Source of the DNA: a virus
Lineage: Duplodnaviria > Caudoviricetes
IMG/VR virus record: IMGVR_UViG_3300028588_000047
Location: 1-39,519 of that record
Length of the DNA: 39,519 bases
Reading direction: 5' to 3' (one strand)
Below the pieces are notes generated by a model, which saw only the letters and a list, made by a program, of their open reading frames with translations, ran no database searches and was not told the DNA's origin. This document shows, one piece after another, positions 1-7,766 of this stretch (position 1 is its first letter; each line of letters opens with the position of its first letter). A program made the translations under genes and the position numbers.

Positions 1-1
1 C

Positions 2-370
2 AACGATCTTTTTAGCGATGCGGTGTTGCGCAAGTATCTCCAACTCTCACAGACGTTCTTTGTGGTGTTGGATAACCCTGACATCTTCCTGGATGTCACC
101 GAGGTACGCCCTTCACCTTGGCCGGGGTGCTACACAGCGTACATCCCGCCGATCTATCCATTGTTAGTTGGTCACGGTAAACACGAGGTATATTGGCCCC
201 GCCTTGAAACGGATCGCTACTCGGTGAACATTAACGGGGCGTGGGATGGCACGAAGAACTATAGCACCGCCAAAACTAATGCCGCCAATTCGGTTGGTGA
301 TGGCGAACTGGCCGCACATGGTTACGGTAACATCAGTGCGCATTTCTTGATGATTGGTTCAGACGTTTAA
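2..370 (+). CDS. C-terminal part of a probable virion structural (baseplate-associated) protein, truncated by the window edge
   Basis: The frame is open from position 2 (NDLFSDAVLRKYLQLSQTFFVVLDNPDIF...) to TAA at 368-370, so the GTG at 23 is probably internal. A hairpin element follows. The product is inferred from structural-gene context only. Confidence 0.5.
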   Translation, partial: NDLFSDAVLRKYLQLSQTFFVVLDNPDIFLDVTEVRPSPWPGCYTAYIPPIYPLLVGHGKHEVYWPRLETDRYSVNINGAWDGTKNYSTAKTNAANSVGDGELAAHGYGNISAHFLMIGSDV

Positions 371-371
371 A

Positions 372-423
372 CGGCATACCTCCCACTCCCTTTTTGCAAG
401 GAGTGGGAGGTTAGCTTTTATGC
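372..423. terminator. Bidirectional hairpin element (CGGCATA-stem-loop-TATGC) between convergent genes
   Basis: Stem CCTCCCACTCC (379-389) pairs with GGAGTGGGAGG (400-410). CGGCATA lies at 372-378 and TATGC at 419-423. Confidence 0.75.
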
Positions 424-425
424 GC

Positions 426-686
426 TTAATTTGAATCTGTACTACCCTGGCCGATCAATGTCGCCCCGCAACCTGCGCGGTCACCTGAACGAATAATACC
501 TCGCCCATCGGCACCTGACGCTGTCCCTGTGGACGTGACAGGGGTGGTGTTATGCCCACGTATCGGACACTGATGCATGTCACCACTAACGCAGCCTGCT
601 ACCCCGTCTACGGTAAAACCACCTGAGGCGGAGATCATCTTCCCGCCATGGTCGGACGTATCGCTGATGCGCACTACTTGACTCAT
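426..686 (-). CDS. PAAR-repeat spike-tip protein
   Basis: 86 aa with VVRISDTSDHGG, GDMHQCPIRGH and RSGDRAGCGATLI, the typical PAAR pattern with His/Cys metal ligands. It lies directly downstream of the spike gene. Confidence 0.9.
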   Translation of the reverse strand: MSQVVRISDTSDHGGKMISASGGFTVDGVAGCVSGDMHQCPIRGHNTTPVTSTGTASGADGRGIIRSGDRAGCGATLIGQGSTDSN

Positions 687-697
687 GGTAAACTCCT

Positions 698-1570
698 TTA
701 CAGCAATTGAACTTTAGTTTTAACGATCGTACCTTTGCCGTCGATCAACATCGACCCCCCGGCCTTGTAGACACTTGAACCACCGGAATTCACATTGACA
801 CTGCTATCTGTTTTCAAACTGAACGTCGCTGCTTTCTCGGTGATCCCTTTACCCACGGTGGTGTTGACATCCTCACCGATTTGCTCGATTACGTTCTTGG
901 CGATGATGGTCAAGGTCTCGGGGACATTAATGGTCATGTTCTGTTTGTTGATGTCGAGATACGTGCCGTCAGCGTTTAACATCGAGAGTTGTTTCTCTTT
1001 GGCGTCAAAGTGGAACACATTACCCACGTCGTCTTTGATCTGGAAGAAGCCTTCCTTGGCATTGAGCTGAACGTTCCAGGCACAGAACTCTCCGTTAGCT
1101 TTACTGGTTTGGATATTGATCTGACCTTTGTGCGTGGAGACTTCAATGAACCAATAGCTTTCTGCGGTGACTTCAGTCACGCCTTCGTCTTTGGTGCCTG
1201 AAAAAGCCCACACCACCGTCTCGAGTTTACGCAGCGCCAAGTCGTCGTGTAGAGTCGTCCAGAAGAACTTGTCTTCATCGGCAAAGCGATAGAGCATCAC
1301 CACCTCACCACGCCGTACATCTGGCGCCGAATTACGGTTTCCACTTCCCATCGGAAGCCAGGTTGCGGGGATGCTGTTGGCAGTTGTCGTCTTCACGTTG
1401 AACTTGCCGCCATTGGCGTCTTCGGACTGGACGGTGTCGTTTACTTTGGCTGAATTGATTTCACCATCGATCATGGGTGAATCTTCAATCGGGGTCACTT
1501 CCAACACCCGCTGCCCTAATTTTTTGTTTTCAGCTGCAACGCCGATTGAGTAGACCTTCAGCTCTGCCAT
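698..1570 (-). CDS. Baseplate central spike protein (gpV/gp5-like OB-fold plus beta-helix; phiKZ gp164-like)
   Basis: The N-terminal region has ATWLP...APDVRRGEVVMLY...DKFFW (OB-fold signature), and the C-terminus has repetitive beta-strand (V/I-x-T/N) sequence. Adjacent to the PAAR gene. Confidence 0.8.
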   Translation of the reverse strand: MAELKVYSIGVAAENKKLGQRVLEVTPIEDSPMIDGEINSAKVNDTVQSEDANGGKFNVKTTTANSIPATWLPMGSGNRNSAPDVRRGEVVMLYRFADEDKFFWTTLHDDLALRKLETVVWAFSGTKDEGVTEVTAESYWFIEVSTHKGQINIQTSKANGEFCAWNVQLNAKEGFFQIKDDVGNVFHFDAKEKQLSMLNADGTYLDINKQNMTINVPETLTIIAKNVIEQIGEDVNTTVGKGITEKAATFSLKTDSSVNVNSGGSSVYKAGGSMLIDGKGTIVKTKVQLL

Positions 1571-1644
1571 GGTAAAATCCTAATGAGAATGAAAAATGAG
1601 TGGCACTATTTATGCTCTGTAAGAGCCCATATTAGAAAGATGCC

Positions 1645-4200
1645 ATGTACCGCATTGACAGTTGTAAACTCACCGGTTTTAAGCGGATGCTGTTAAACGA
1701 CATCCGTGAAATTACGATCACCCCCCACTCCCCAGTGCAGATTATCCTCGGGACCAATGGCTGTGGGAAGTCGTCCTATTTAGATCAACTCACCCCTTTA
1801 CCAGCGGACAAGGACGCTTATGAAAAGGGCGGCGGTAAAGTTATCAACATTTTCAGTAACGGTAGTCATTTCAAATGCACTAGCCATCGCACCGGTAAGA
1901 TGGAGCACAGTTTTGAGATGGACGGTGTGGAACTAAACCCAGGTGGCATTGAGAAGGTGCAACGTGAGTTGTGCTTGAAGCACTTCGGCGTCAGCCAACA
2001 AACGCACGACCTCCAATTGGGGACAGACCGTTTTACGGAAATGAATCCAGCCCAGCGACGGGAATGGTTAACCCGCATGTGTGATACGGATTACTCCTTT
2101 GCCATGGCGTCCTTTGAAGCGCTCAAAAAGAAAGCCAACGCTTTAGCGGGTGCTGTCAGTGAGAATCGTAAGAATCTGGTGTCTGAAACAGCCAAGATCA
2201 TGAACGAGGCAGAGCAGCTCAAACTGGAAACAGAAGTCAAAGAGTTGCTCAATGACTTGGGGATTCTTAATGCGGAGCGTGCGCCATTAGAGAACCCTTC
2301 AGCATACCACCTAGATGAGCGCACACGGGCTTTAAAAGCGTTGGACGAAGTCTCGATCAGGTTATTACGTAATCGCGTTGTAGTGCCGTTAGAGTACGCT
2401 GACAAACGTGTCGAGCGAGATGAATGGGGTGAACTCAAACGGGTTTACTTCGGCTCCATTGCAGAGATCGACAGCGAGATTGATCGCTTGAAACATATCG
2501 CCACAACGAACCAGGCTTTGCTGACGGCAACGCACAGCCAATACGAAGTCTTGCAACGCCAGCACGCTATTCTGATTAAGACAGGTTCCGAAGGCGTTGA
2601 CAGTTTGAACCGCCAGATTGGTGAACTCCGAGATGAGATCACTAAGAAAGTTAGCGCGTTGCGGTTAGGATTAGTGTTCCAGGACGCGAGAGCTGCACAA
2701 TCTGCTTTTGATTCCATTGACGGTCCGTTAGGGTTAGCCATTGGTCACCTCCCCATTAACGCAGACAGGCGCTTCGGTCGCCAACGCCATCAAGACCTCC
2801 AAGCGCAAGCGATGGCAATTGCTGATAGGTTGCGGTATCTGGGTGAAGAGATCCAACGTCTGGTCGCTAGACGGGACCATGCTGACGAACACCGCGGTAA
2901 GGATCAACACACCTGTCCGTCATGCGACCATACCTGGACTGTCGGTGTTAACGAAACAGAATACGCACAGCTGTTGGAAGACATCAAAGCCAAACAGATT
3001 GCGATCCGTGAACCATTGGCGGTGCAAAAGAAGATTCAAGAAGACCTCACTGAGATTGAAGGTTACTTCGATCAATACCGTGAAGTCATGTCGTACACCA
3101 AATCCCTGACGATTCTAAAACCGTTCTGGGATTATCTCCAAGAGTCCCAGACGTTATTCGAAGCGCCCATGGAGGCGGTGAATCTGCTGCGCTATGTCAA
3201 ACTCGATTTGGCGAAGTCCGCTGAGATCGGTGAGATGGAACGTAAGATCGTTGACTTTGAGAAATTGAAGTTGGCTGCTGCTGAAGTGGGCGACACGAAT
3301 CTGATTGCGGTCCAAGAACAGATGGAACACATCACGGTTCAGTTGGGTGACTTAACGTCTAGCCTGGCACGCGTTCAGCGTTCGGTAACGGATTACTCTG
3401 AATATCGGCGGCAGTTAAACACGGGCTTGCAGTTAGGAGAAGAAGTTAAACGCTTGAAGCATCTCGCTGACACTCAGCAATGGGAACACATCGAAGCGAT
3501 TCGGCGTGAGAGTATCTACCATTGCATCAACCAAGTGACCAATGCGCTGACCATGAAAGAGGAATCTCTCAGAGCGGCGAAAGCGCAGAAGCAACTGGTG
3601 GCGTCGTTGACGGGAATGTTAGCCACGTACGAAATCAAAGAGCAAGCTGCTAAGACCATGGTAAAAGCGTTGTCGCCTACCCATGGCTTAATTGCAGAAG
3701 GGTTGTTGGGATACATCCGTAACTTCGTCGGTCAGATGAATCAGTTCATCGATCGTATCTGGACTTATCCACTGCAAGTGATTCCAACCGGTTACAGCGT
3801 GGTAGATAACGAACAGTCCTCAGAACTGGATTACCGTTTCAAGTTAATTGTGGAACGGGAAGACAACGTAGTACCTGACATCGGAAAGGGAAGTAAAGGT
3901 CAGAAGGAAATGATTAACCTGGCTTTCAAGATGACAGCGCTGCGGGCAATGGATCTCACCGACACGCCTCTGTTCTTAGATGAGTTCGGGGAGGGCTTAG
4001 ATGAGACTCACAGCTTCAGAGCCACAGAAGAGATTCGGTGGTTGATGGAGAACGGTAACTTCCCGCAGCTCTTCATGATCTCGCATTTCATTGCAGTGCA
4101 CGGATCATTCACGAACGCAGAACTTTGTGTGCTGGATGATCGCAACATCGCTTTACCCGCAGGACGACCTTATAACCAGCAAGTTAGCATTACTCACTAA
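1645..4200 (+). CDS. sbcC: SbcC/Rad50-like SMC-family ABC ATPase (phiKZ gp165-like)
   Basis: Walker A GTNGCGKS, long coiled coils with a central zinc hook CPSC, signature-like GSKGQ, Walker B LFLDE, D-loop GLD and H-loop ISH. Confidence 0.9.
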   Translation: MYRIDSCKLTGFKRMLLNDIREITITPHSPVQIILGTNGCGKSSYLDQLTPLPADKDAYEKGGGKVINIFSNGSHFKCTSHRTGKMEHSFEMDGVELNPGGIEKVQRELCLKHFGVSQQTHDLQLGTDRFTEMNPAQRREWLTRMCDTDYSFAMASFEALKKKANALAGAVSENRKNLVSETAKIMNEAEQLKLETEVKELLNDLGILNAERAPLENPSAYHLDERTRALKALDEVSIRLLRNRVVVPLEYADKRVERDEWGELKRVYFGSIAEIDSEIDRLKHIATTNQALLTATHSQYEVLQRQHAILIKTGSEGVDSLNRQIGELRDEITKKVSALRLGLVFQDARAAQSAFDSIDGPLGLAIGHLPINADRRFGRQRHQDLQAQAMAIADRLRYLGEEIQRLVARRDHADEHRGKDQHTCPSCDHTWTVGVNETEYAQLLEDIKAKQIAIREPLAVQKKIQEDLTEIEGYFDQYREVMSYTKSLTILKPFWDYLQESQTLFEAPMEAVNLLRYVKLDLAKSAEIGEMERKIVDFEKLKLAAAEVGDTNLIAVQEQMEHITVQLGDLTSSLARVQRSVTDYSEYRRQLNTGLQLGEEVKRLKHLADTQQWEHIEAIRRESIYHCINQVTNALTMKEESLRAAKAQKQLVASLTGMLATYEIKEQAAKTMVKALSPTHGLIAEGLLGYIRNFVGQMNQFIDRIWTYPLQVIPTGYSVVDNEQSSELDYRFKLIVEREDNVVPDIGKGSKGQKEMINLAFKMTALRAMDLTDTPLFLDEFGEGLDETHSFRATEEIRWLMENGNFPQLFMISHFIAVHGSFTNAELCVLDDRNIALPAGRPYNQQVSITH

Positions 4201-4211
4201 GGAGAATCACC

Positions 4212-4655
4212 ATGGAACCAACTCAGCACGAATGGAACAGAGCGCCAGGCGGCATTTACGATCCAACGAAAGCGACGGATGTAGATGCTCGACTGGCTAT
4301 GATTGCCGGAATGCATCCGATTGAACACAACCGTCAAACCGGTCGCACCACCCGCATGATGCTCGCCGCAGCTAACCACGTAAGTGCTGGCGCAAAAGCA
4401 GATGTTCTGTTTAAAGACGAGATGTCCGCCAAACGCTGGCGCGATCGGTTCGGCCATATTCCCAATTTGACCATCCGCGGTATGCACAGAAGCGAGCTGC
4501 ACAGTATCGATTGGAAAGACTGGGCTGAAACCCGCTTGATCAACGGGGTCGAAACATTTGTTGACCACGACGTCTTGTTCATCATGCACAAAGAGATCTT
4601 CAAAGCTTACGCGCAATACGACTTGCCACTCACCGCAGCAACCAAAGCCGCTTAA
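4212..4655 (+). CDS. Hypothetical protein with a degenerate P-loop-like motif
   Basis: RBS AAGGAG upstream. Contains RQTGRTT (Walker-A-like with K->R) and TFVDH (Walker-B-like), and ends just before a hairpin element. Confidence 0.7.
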   Translation: MEPTQHEWNRAPGGIYDPTKATDVDARLAMIAGMHPIEHNRQTGRTTRMMLAAANHVSAGAKADVLFKDEMSAKRWRDRFGHIPNLTIRGMHRSELHSIDWKDWAETRLINGVETFVDHDVLFIMHKEIFKAYAQYDLPLTAATKAA

Positions 4656-4656
4656 A

Positions 4657-4706
4657 CGGCATACACCCTACCGACTCTATCACGGGGTCGGTAGGGTGGT
4701 TATGCC
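4657..4706. terminator. Bidirectional hairpin element (CGGCATA-stem-loop-TATGCC) between convergent genes
   Basis: Stem CACCCTACCGAC (4664-4675) pairs with GTCGGTAGGGTG (4687-4698). CGGCATA lies at 4657-4663 and TATGCC at 4701-4706. Confidence 0.8.
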
Positions 4707-4710
4707 CTCT

Positions 4711-5340
4711 TTAGGGAGGTGGTAAATTAGCCAACACAAACGCTTCGAGATCAGCGTTGTGGGTAGTTAAAGTTTGGATCTGACTTTGGGCTGCAACGAG
4801 TTTGGCGCGATCCGTTACCACAGTTACCATCACTGCGTTGCGGGCAGCTTCAATGGCTTCTGCATCGGTGATCGAAAGATACATTGTCGCTGACGTCTTG
4901 ACTGCTTTTGCTACAGCACCCGTCACACCCAGAAGGTCATGCGCTAAGTCTTGCACCGCGCTGATGAAATACGCCAACGACATGTCTTCTGGTAACGCCC
5001 CCAAGTTCACCCCCACCAGCGTCGTGGAATACGGTAAGCCTGTTGAGACTGGCAAATTGACCAGATACGAGTTGGGCACGCGCAAGGTCTCACCGCTAGG
5101 TGAAAGAAGCGACAAGATGCAGACGTTGTTGGCAACGTCGTCAGCATAGTTCGCTTGCGTCAAACCAAAGGGATCGTAGAACAACGTAAACGGATCTAAG
5201 CCATCCGAAGCGATACCTTGCAACGAACGCACCTCACTGACTTGGTAAGGAATGTTCGGTGCGCACAAACCATCGAATGGCGCCTTTAAGGTAATCGCTC
5301 CGGTGGTGCCGACATTGGGTAAGAGATAAGCTTTACCCAT
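4711..5340 (-). CDS. Conserved jumbo-phage hypothetical protein, probable virion protein
   Basis: 209-aa ORF starting 3 nt after the upstream gene's stop, with a C-terminal coiled coil (RAKLVAAQSQIQTLTTHNADLE). Confidence 0.7.
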   Translation of the reverse strand: MGKAYLLPNVGTTGAITLKAPFDGLCAPNIPYQVSEVRSLQGIASDGLDPFTLFYDPFGLTQANYADDVANNVCILSLLSPSGETLRVPNSYLVNLPVSTGLPYSTTLVGVNLGALPEDMSLAYFISAVQDLAHDLLGVTGAVAKAVKTSATMYLSITDAEAIEAARNAVMVTVVTDRAKLVAAQSQIQTLTTHNADLEAFVLANLPPP

Positions 5341-5343
5341 GGC

Positions 5344-6672
5344 TTAGCTCGGCTTTACAGAAGTCGCTGCGATCAGGCTAGCTTTGGCAACCACCAGATA
5401 GTTCACATTCATGTAACTCTTGGCCAGATACAGAATGCCGTCACGGTGGATCTTTTGCATGCCAACTGGAATGGTGGTGAAGTCACCCATCGATTCGGCC
5501 ACCGAAATGAGGTTCTCCAGGATGACTGCCCAGTCTTGCGTCACTTGACTCATCCGGTTAAAGTCGATCGAGCTCGACGCTACCGAGATAAAGTCAGGGA
5601 AGTAATCCGACAGGAGATATTTGGCCAAGCGGTTGTCTGGAGAACCGATCACGAGTAACGCTAACGAGCGATACGGATGCCCCATTGTCGTCAGGTTCGA
5701 ATCAATATGAGAGTCTGGGTATTGCGACGCAAAGAGTTTCATCTTAGCAACAGCTGTTGACAGTTTGACTTGAGGGGAGTAAATGCCCGTCGACTGTTGC
5801 AAGTTCGGAATCGCGTACTGGTCTTCGAGTGGCACGATGATAAATTCAGTGCGCTTGAAGATATCGGGCAGCAAAGGAATCCACTGAGGGCGCGTGTGGG
5901 TACTGTTGGCCAGAATGAACGCCATCAGTGCGTCTTTGATCGAGTCGATGTTGTCGCCCGACGGACCGTAGATCAACACTGTCCAATCCGTTGGCACCGT
6001 ATGCAGCGTGTTGAGCGGGTCGACGTAGTTATAGGTGTTAGTACGGATGATGGTTTCAGGGTATCCCGACTTCATTGCCTGGATCCGGTCCATCGTTTCC
6101 GAGCTCAACAGCGCCCGTACTTCAAGTTCTACTTCGGGACCTGACTTGAAGAAGTCGTCCAGGTTGGTAAACGGGGCGATGACGTAGATTTCGTATTCGT
6201 CGTATTGCGTCTGGAAGCTCGCGTCAACGAACCACACCTTCACGATGTTGTCAGGGTGCGCGGTATCGGTCAGGTTCTTCCACTGAACCCACTCCGGCAA
6301 TGAATACGTGCCGTCGGAGATGATGTTACCGCATTCGAATTGACCCGCCAACCCAGCGTATTGCGTCAGCAGGTTTTCCAGCAGCACATCGGCAGCAACG
6401 CTATGGTCACCACCCAAGGTTTGGTTATAGACGAAGTTACAGATTGTCAGGGTTTGGGTGGCAATCAATGCCGGCACGGGAATGGAAGCTTCACCGTCTT
6501 TCGAGATGAACGTCGTCAGCAGTAAATTAGCTGCAATATCTTTGTTGGCATAATAGCCCTTGTCACGTGCGAAACTGCTACCGTAGCTAGACAGTTCACC
6601 GAGTTGTGCGGTAAAGCCAGGCATGTTGTTTGCAAAGTTCGTGTTGCTGATAAAACTCTTTTGTACGTACAT
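5344..6672 (-). CDS. Virion structural protein (phiKZ gp157-like by synteny)
   Basis: The start was moved to ATG 6672 (MYVQKSF...) because AGGAG precedes it, whereas the listed 6801 start overlaps the divergent gene. 442 aa, with motifs GELSSYG and LLPDIFKRTEFIIVP. Confidence 0.7.
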   Translation of the reverse strand: MYVQKSFISNTNFANNMPGFTAQLGELSSYGSSFARDKGYYANKDIAANLLLTTFISKDGEASIPVPALIATQTLTICNFVYNQTLGGDHSVAADVLLENLLTQYAGLAGQFECGNIISDGTYSLPEWVQWKNLTDTAHPDNIVKVWFVDASFQTQYDEYEIYVIAPFTNLDDFFKSGPEVELEVRALLSSETMDRIQAMKSGYPETIIRTNTYNYVDPLNTLHTVPTDWTVLIYGPSGDNIDSIKDALMAFILANSTHTRPQWIPLLPDIFKRTEFIIVPLEDQYAIPNLQQSTGIYSPQVKLSTAVAKMKLFASQYPDSHIDSNLTTMGHPYRSLALLVIGSPDNRLAKYLLSDYFPDFISVASSSIDFNRMSQVTQDWAVILENLISVAESMGDFTTIPVGMQKIHRDGILYLAKSYMNVNYLVVAKASLIAATSVKPS

Positions 6673-6785
6673 CGAATTCTCCTGCCTTTGGCGTGGTGAA
6701 ATAAGCAATAAGCGGTTCAAATTCACCAGTTCAGCTGGTTTGAGATTGGACCTGTGTCTATAAAATAACCTAAGAGGAAAGTAGG

Positions 6786-7235
6786 ATGTCTTTATTTGCA
6801 TTTCTATTCAAAGTCATCCCTTACTTGATGCCCTTCATCAAAGAGATGTTGATTGGTAAAAAGTCGTGGGGTAAGGCTTTTAGGGAGAACCGTAAGAAAA
6901 CCATTCTGGCCATCGCTGTAATTGTCTCAGTGATCTTCAACATCGTTCTGATGGCGAAGCTCGGTTCGCTGGCGTACAGCTACTTAGGTCTCTCACGCAC
7001 CAACGATGCATTGGAAGCTCGAATCCATGTATTAGAGAACAAACCAGTTATTACTGTGGGTCCGCTTAAAGCTGCTCCAGTAGTGATCACTGCACCAGAA
7101 CCTCTCCAGGTAGCTGAACCAGTGGCCGTCGTAGCACCCCGTCCAACTCACACCAAACACAAGGTCGATAACACTGCGCAAATTAAAGCAGAGTTCGAAC
7201 GTATGCGGCGATTAGAAGCCGCGCAAGGAAAATGA
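6786..7235 (+). CDS. Inner-membrane protein, putative i-spanin (Rz-like)
   Basis: A basic stretch is followed by a TM helix (TILAIAVIVSVIFNIVLMA), a coiled coil (SRTNDALEARIHVLEN), a Pro-rich linker and a C-terminal helix. It lies immediately upstream of a lipoprotein gene. Confidence 0.55.
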   Translation: MSLFAFLFKVIPYLMPFIKEMLIGKKSWGKAFRENRKKTILAIAVIVSVIFNIVLMAKLGSLAYSYLGLSRTNDALEARIHVLENKPVITVGPLKAAPVVITAPEPLQVAEPVAVVAPRPTHTKHKVDNTAQIKAEFERMRRLEAAQGK

Positions 7236-7236
7236 C

Positions 7237-7683
7237 ATGAAAACCTCCCGCTCATTCATTCGCTGGGCTGTTGTTGCGCTGCTCGTTGCTGCCTCAGGCT
7301 GCGGCAGTTTCAGTAACAACTTCAATAGTTACAATGAACGACCTTACACCAGCCCAACCGCAGCAGAAGTGTTGGGTGACCAAATCACGGCAGCAGCTAC
7401 CGCCACACAAGCCCCGGCGCCTGTGACGGACAAGTCAAGTCTGTCACCCAACTTGCAATGCGAGATGTCGCCGTTTCCGGCTACGCCTCCGATGCCCGAA
7501 CTGCCAGTGAATGCTTTGCAGGCAGCCAAAGGTTTGGAGCAGATCGAATTGATCGAGCGCAAACACATTGGCGAGCTGCGCAAATACATAGCTGAAGCGA
7601 AAGAGATTCGCCAGAAGAATCAACTGGAGTTTTTCGACAAGTGCCAGGTCATCAGTAAAGACAAAAGCAAAGACAGTAAATAA
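7237..7683 (+). CDS. Lipoprotein, putative o-spanin (Rz1-like)
   Basis: Signal peptide MKTSRSFIRWAVVALLVAASG-C with a lipobox-like Cys21, then a Pro-rich segment (PFPATPPMPELP), a helical C-terminus and two additional Cys. Confidence 0.6.
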   Translation: MKTSRSFIRWAVVALLVAASGCGSFSNNFNSYNERPYTSPTAAEVLGDQITAAATATQAPAPVTDKSSLSPNLQCEMSPFPATPPMPELPVNALQAAKGLEQIELIERKHIGELRKYIAEAKEIRQKNQLEFFDKCQVISKDKSKDSK

Positions 7684-7684
7684 A

Positions 7685-7731
7685 CTAGAAATGACGGTGT
7701 GGGATTTTTACCCTGCTCCGTCATCTTCTAG
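7685..7731. other. Long imperfect intergenic hairpin
   Basis: CTAGAA-ATGACGG...GGG-loop-CCC...CCGTCAT-C-TTCTAG, with no U-tract. Confidence 0.6.
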
Positions 7732-7766
7732 ACCACTATGCTCTTAATTGAAGAACGGATAAAAGA

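Noticed and set aside
6673-6801. N-terminal extension of the 5344..6801 ORF; likewise the listed starts at 9185, 12137, 12902, 17345, 17805, 18471, 21960, 29118 and 37652
   Set aside because: Each overlaps a neighbouring gene, hairpin or SD, or lacks an SD. A downstream ATG fits better in every case.
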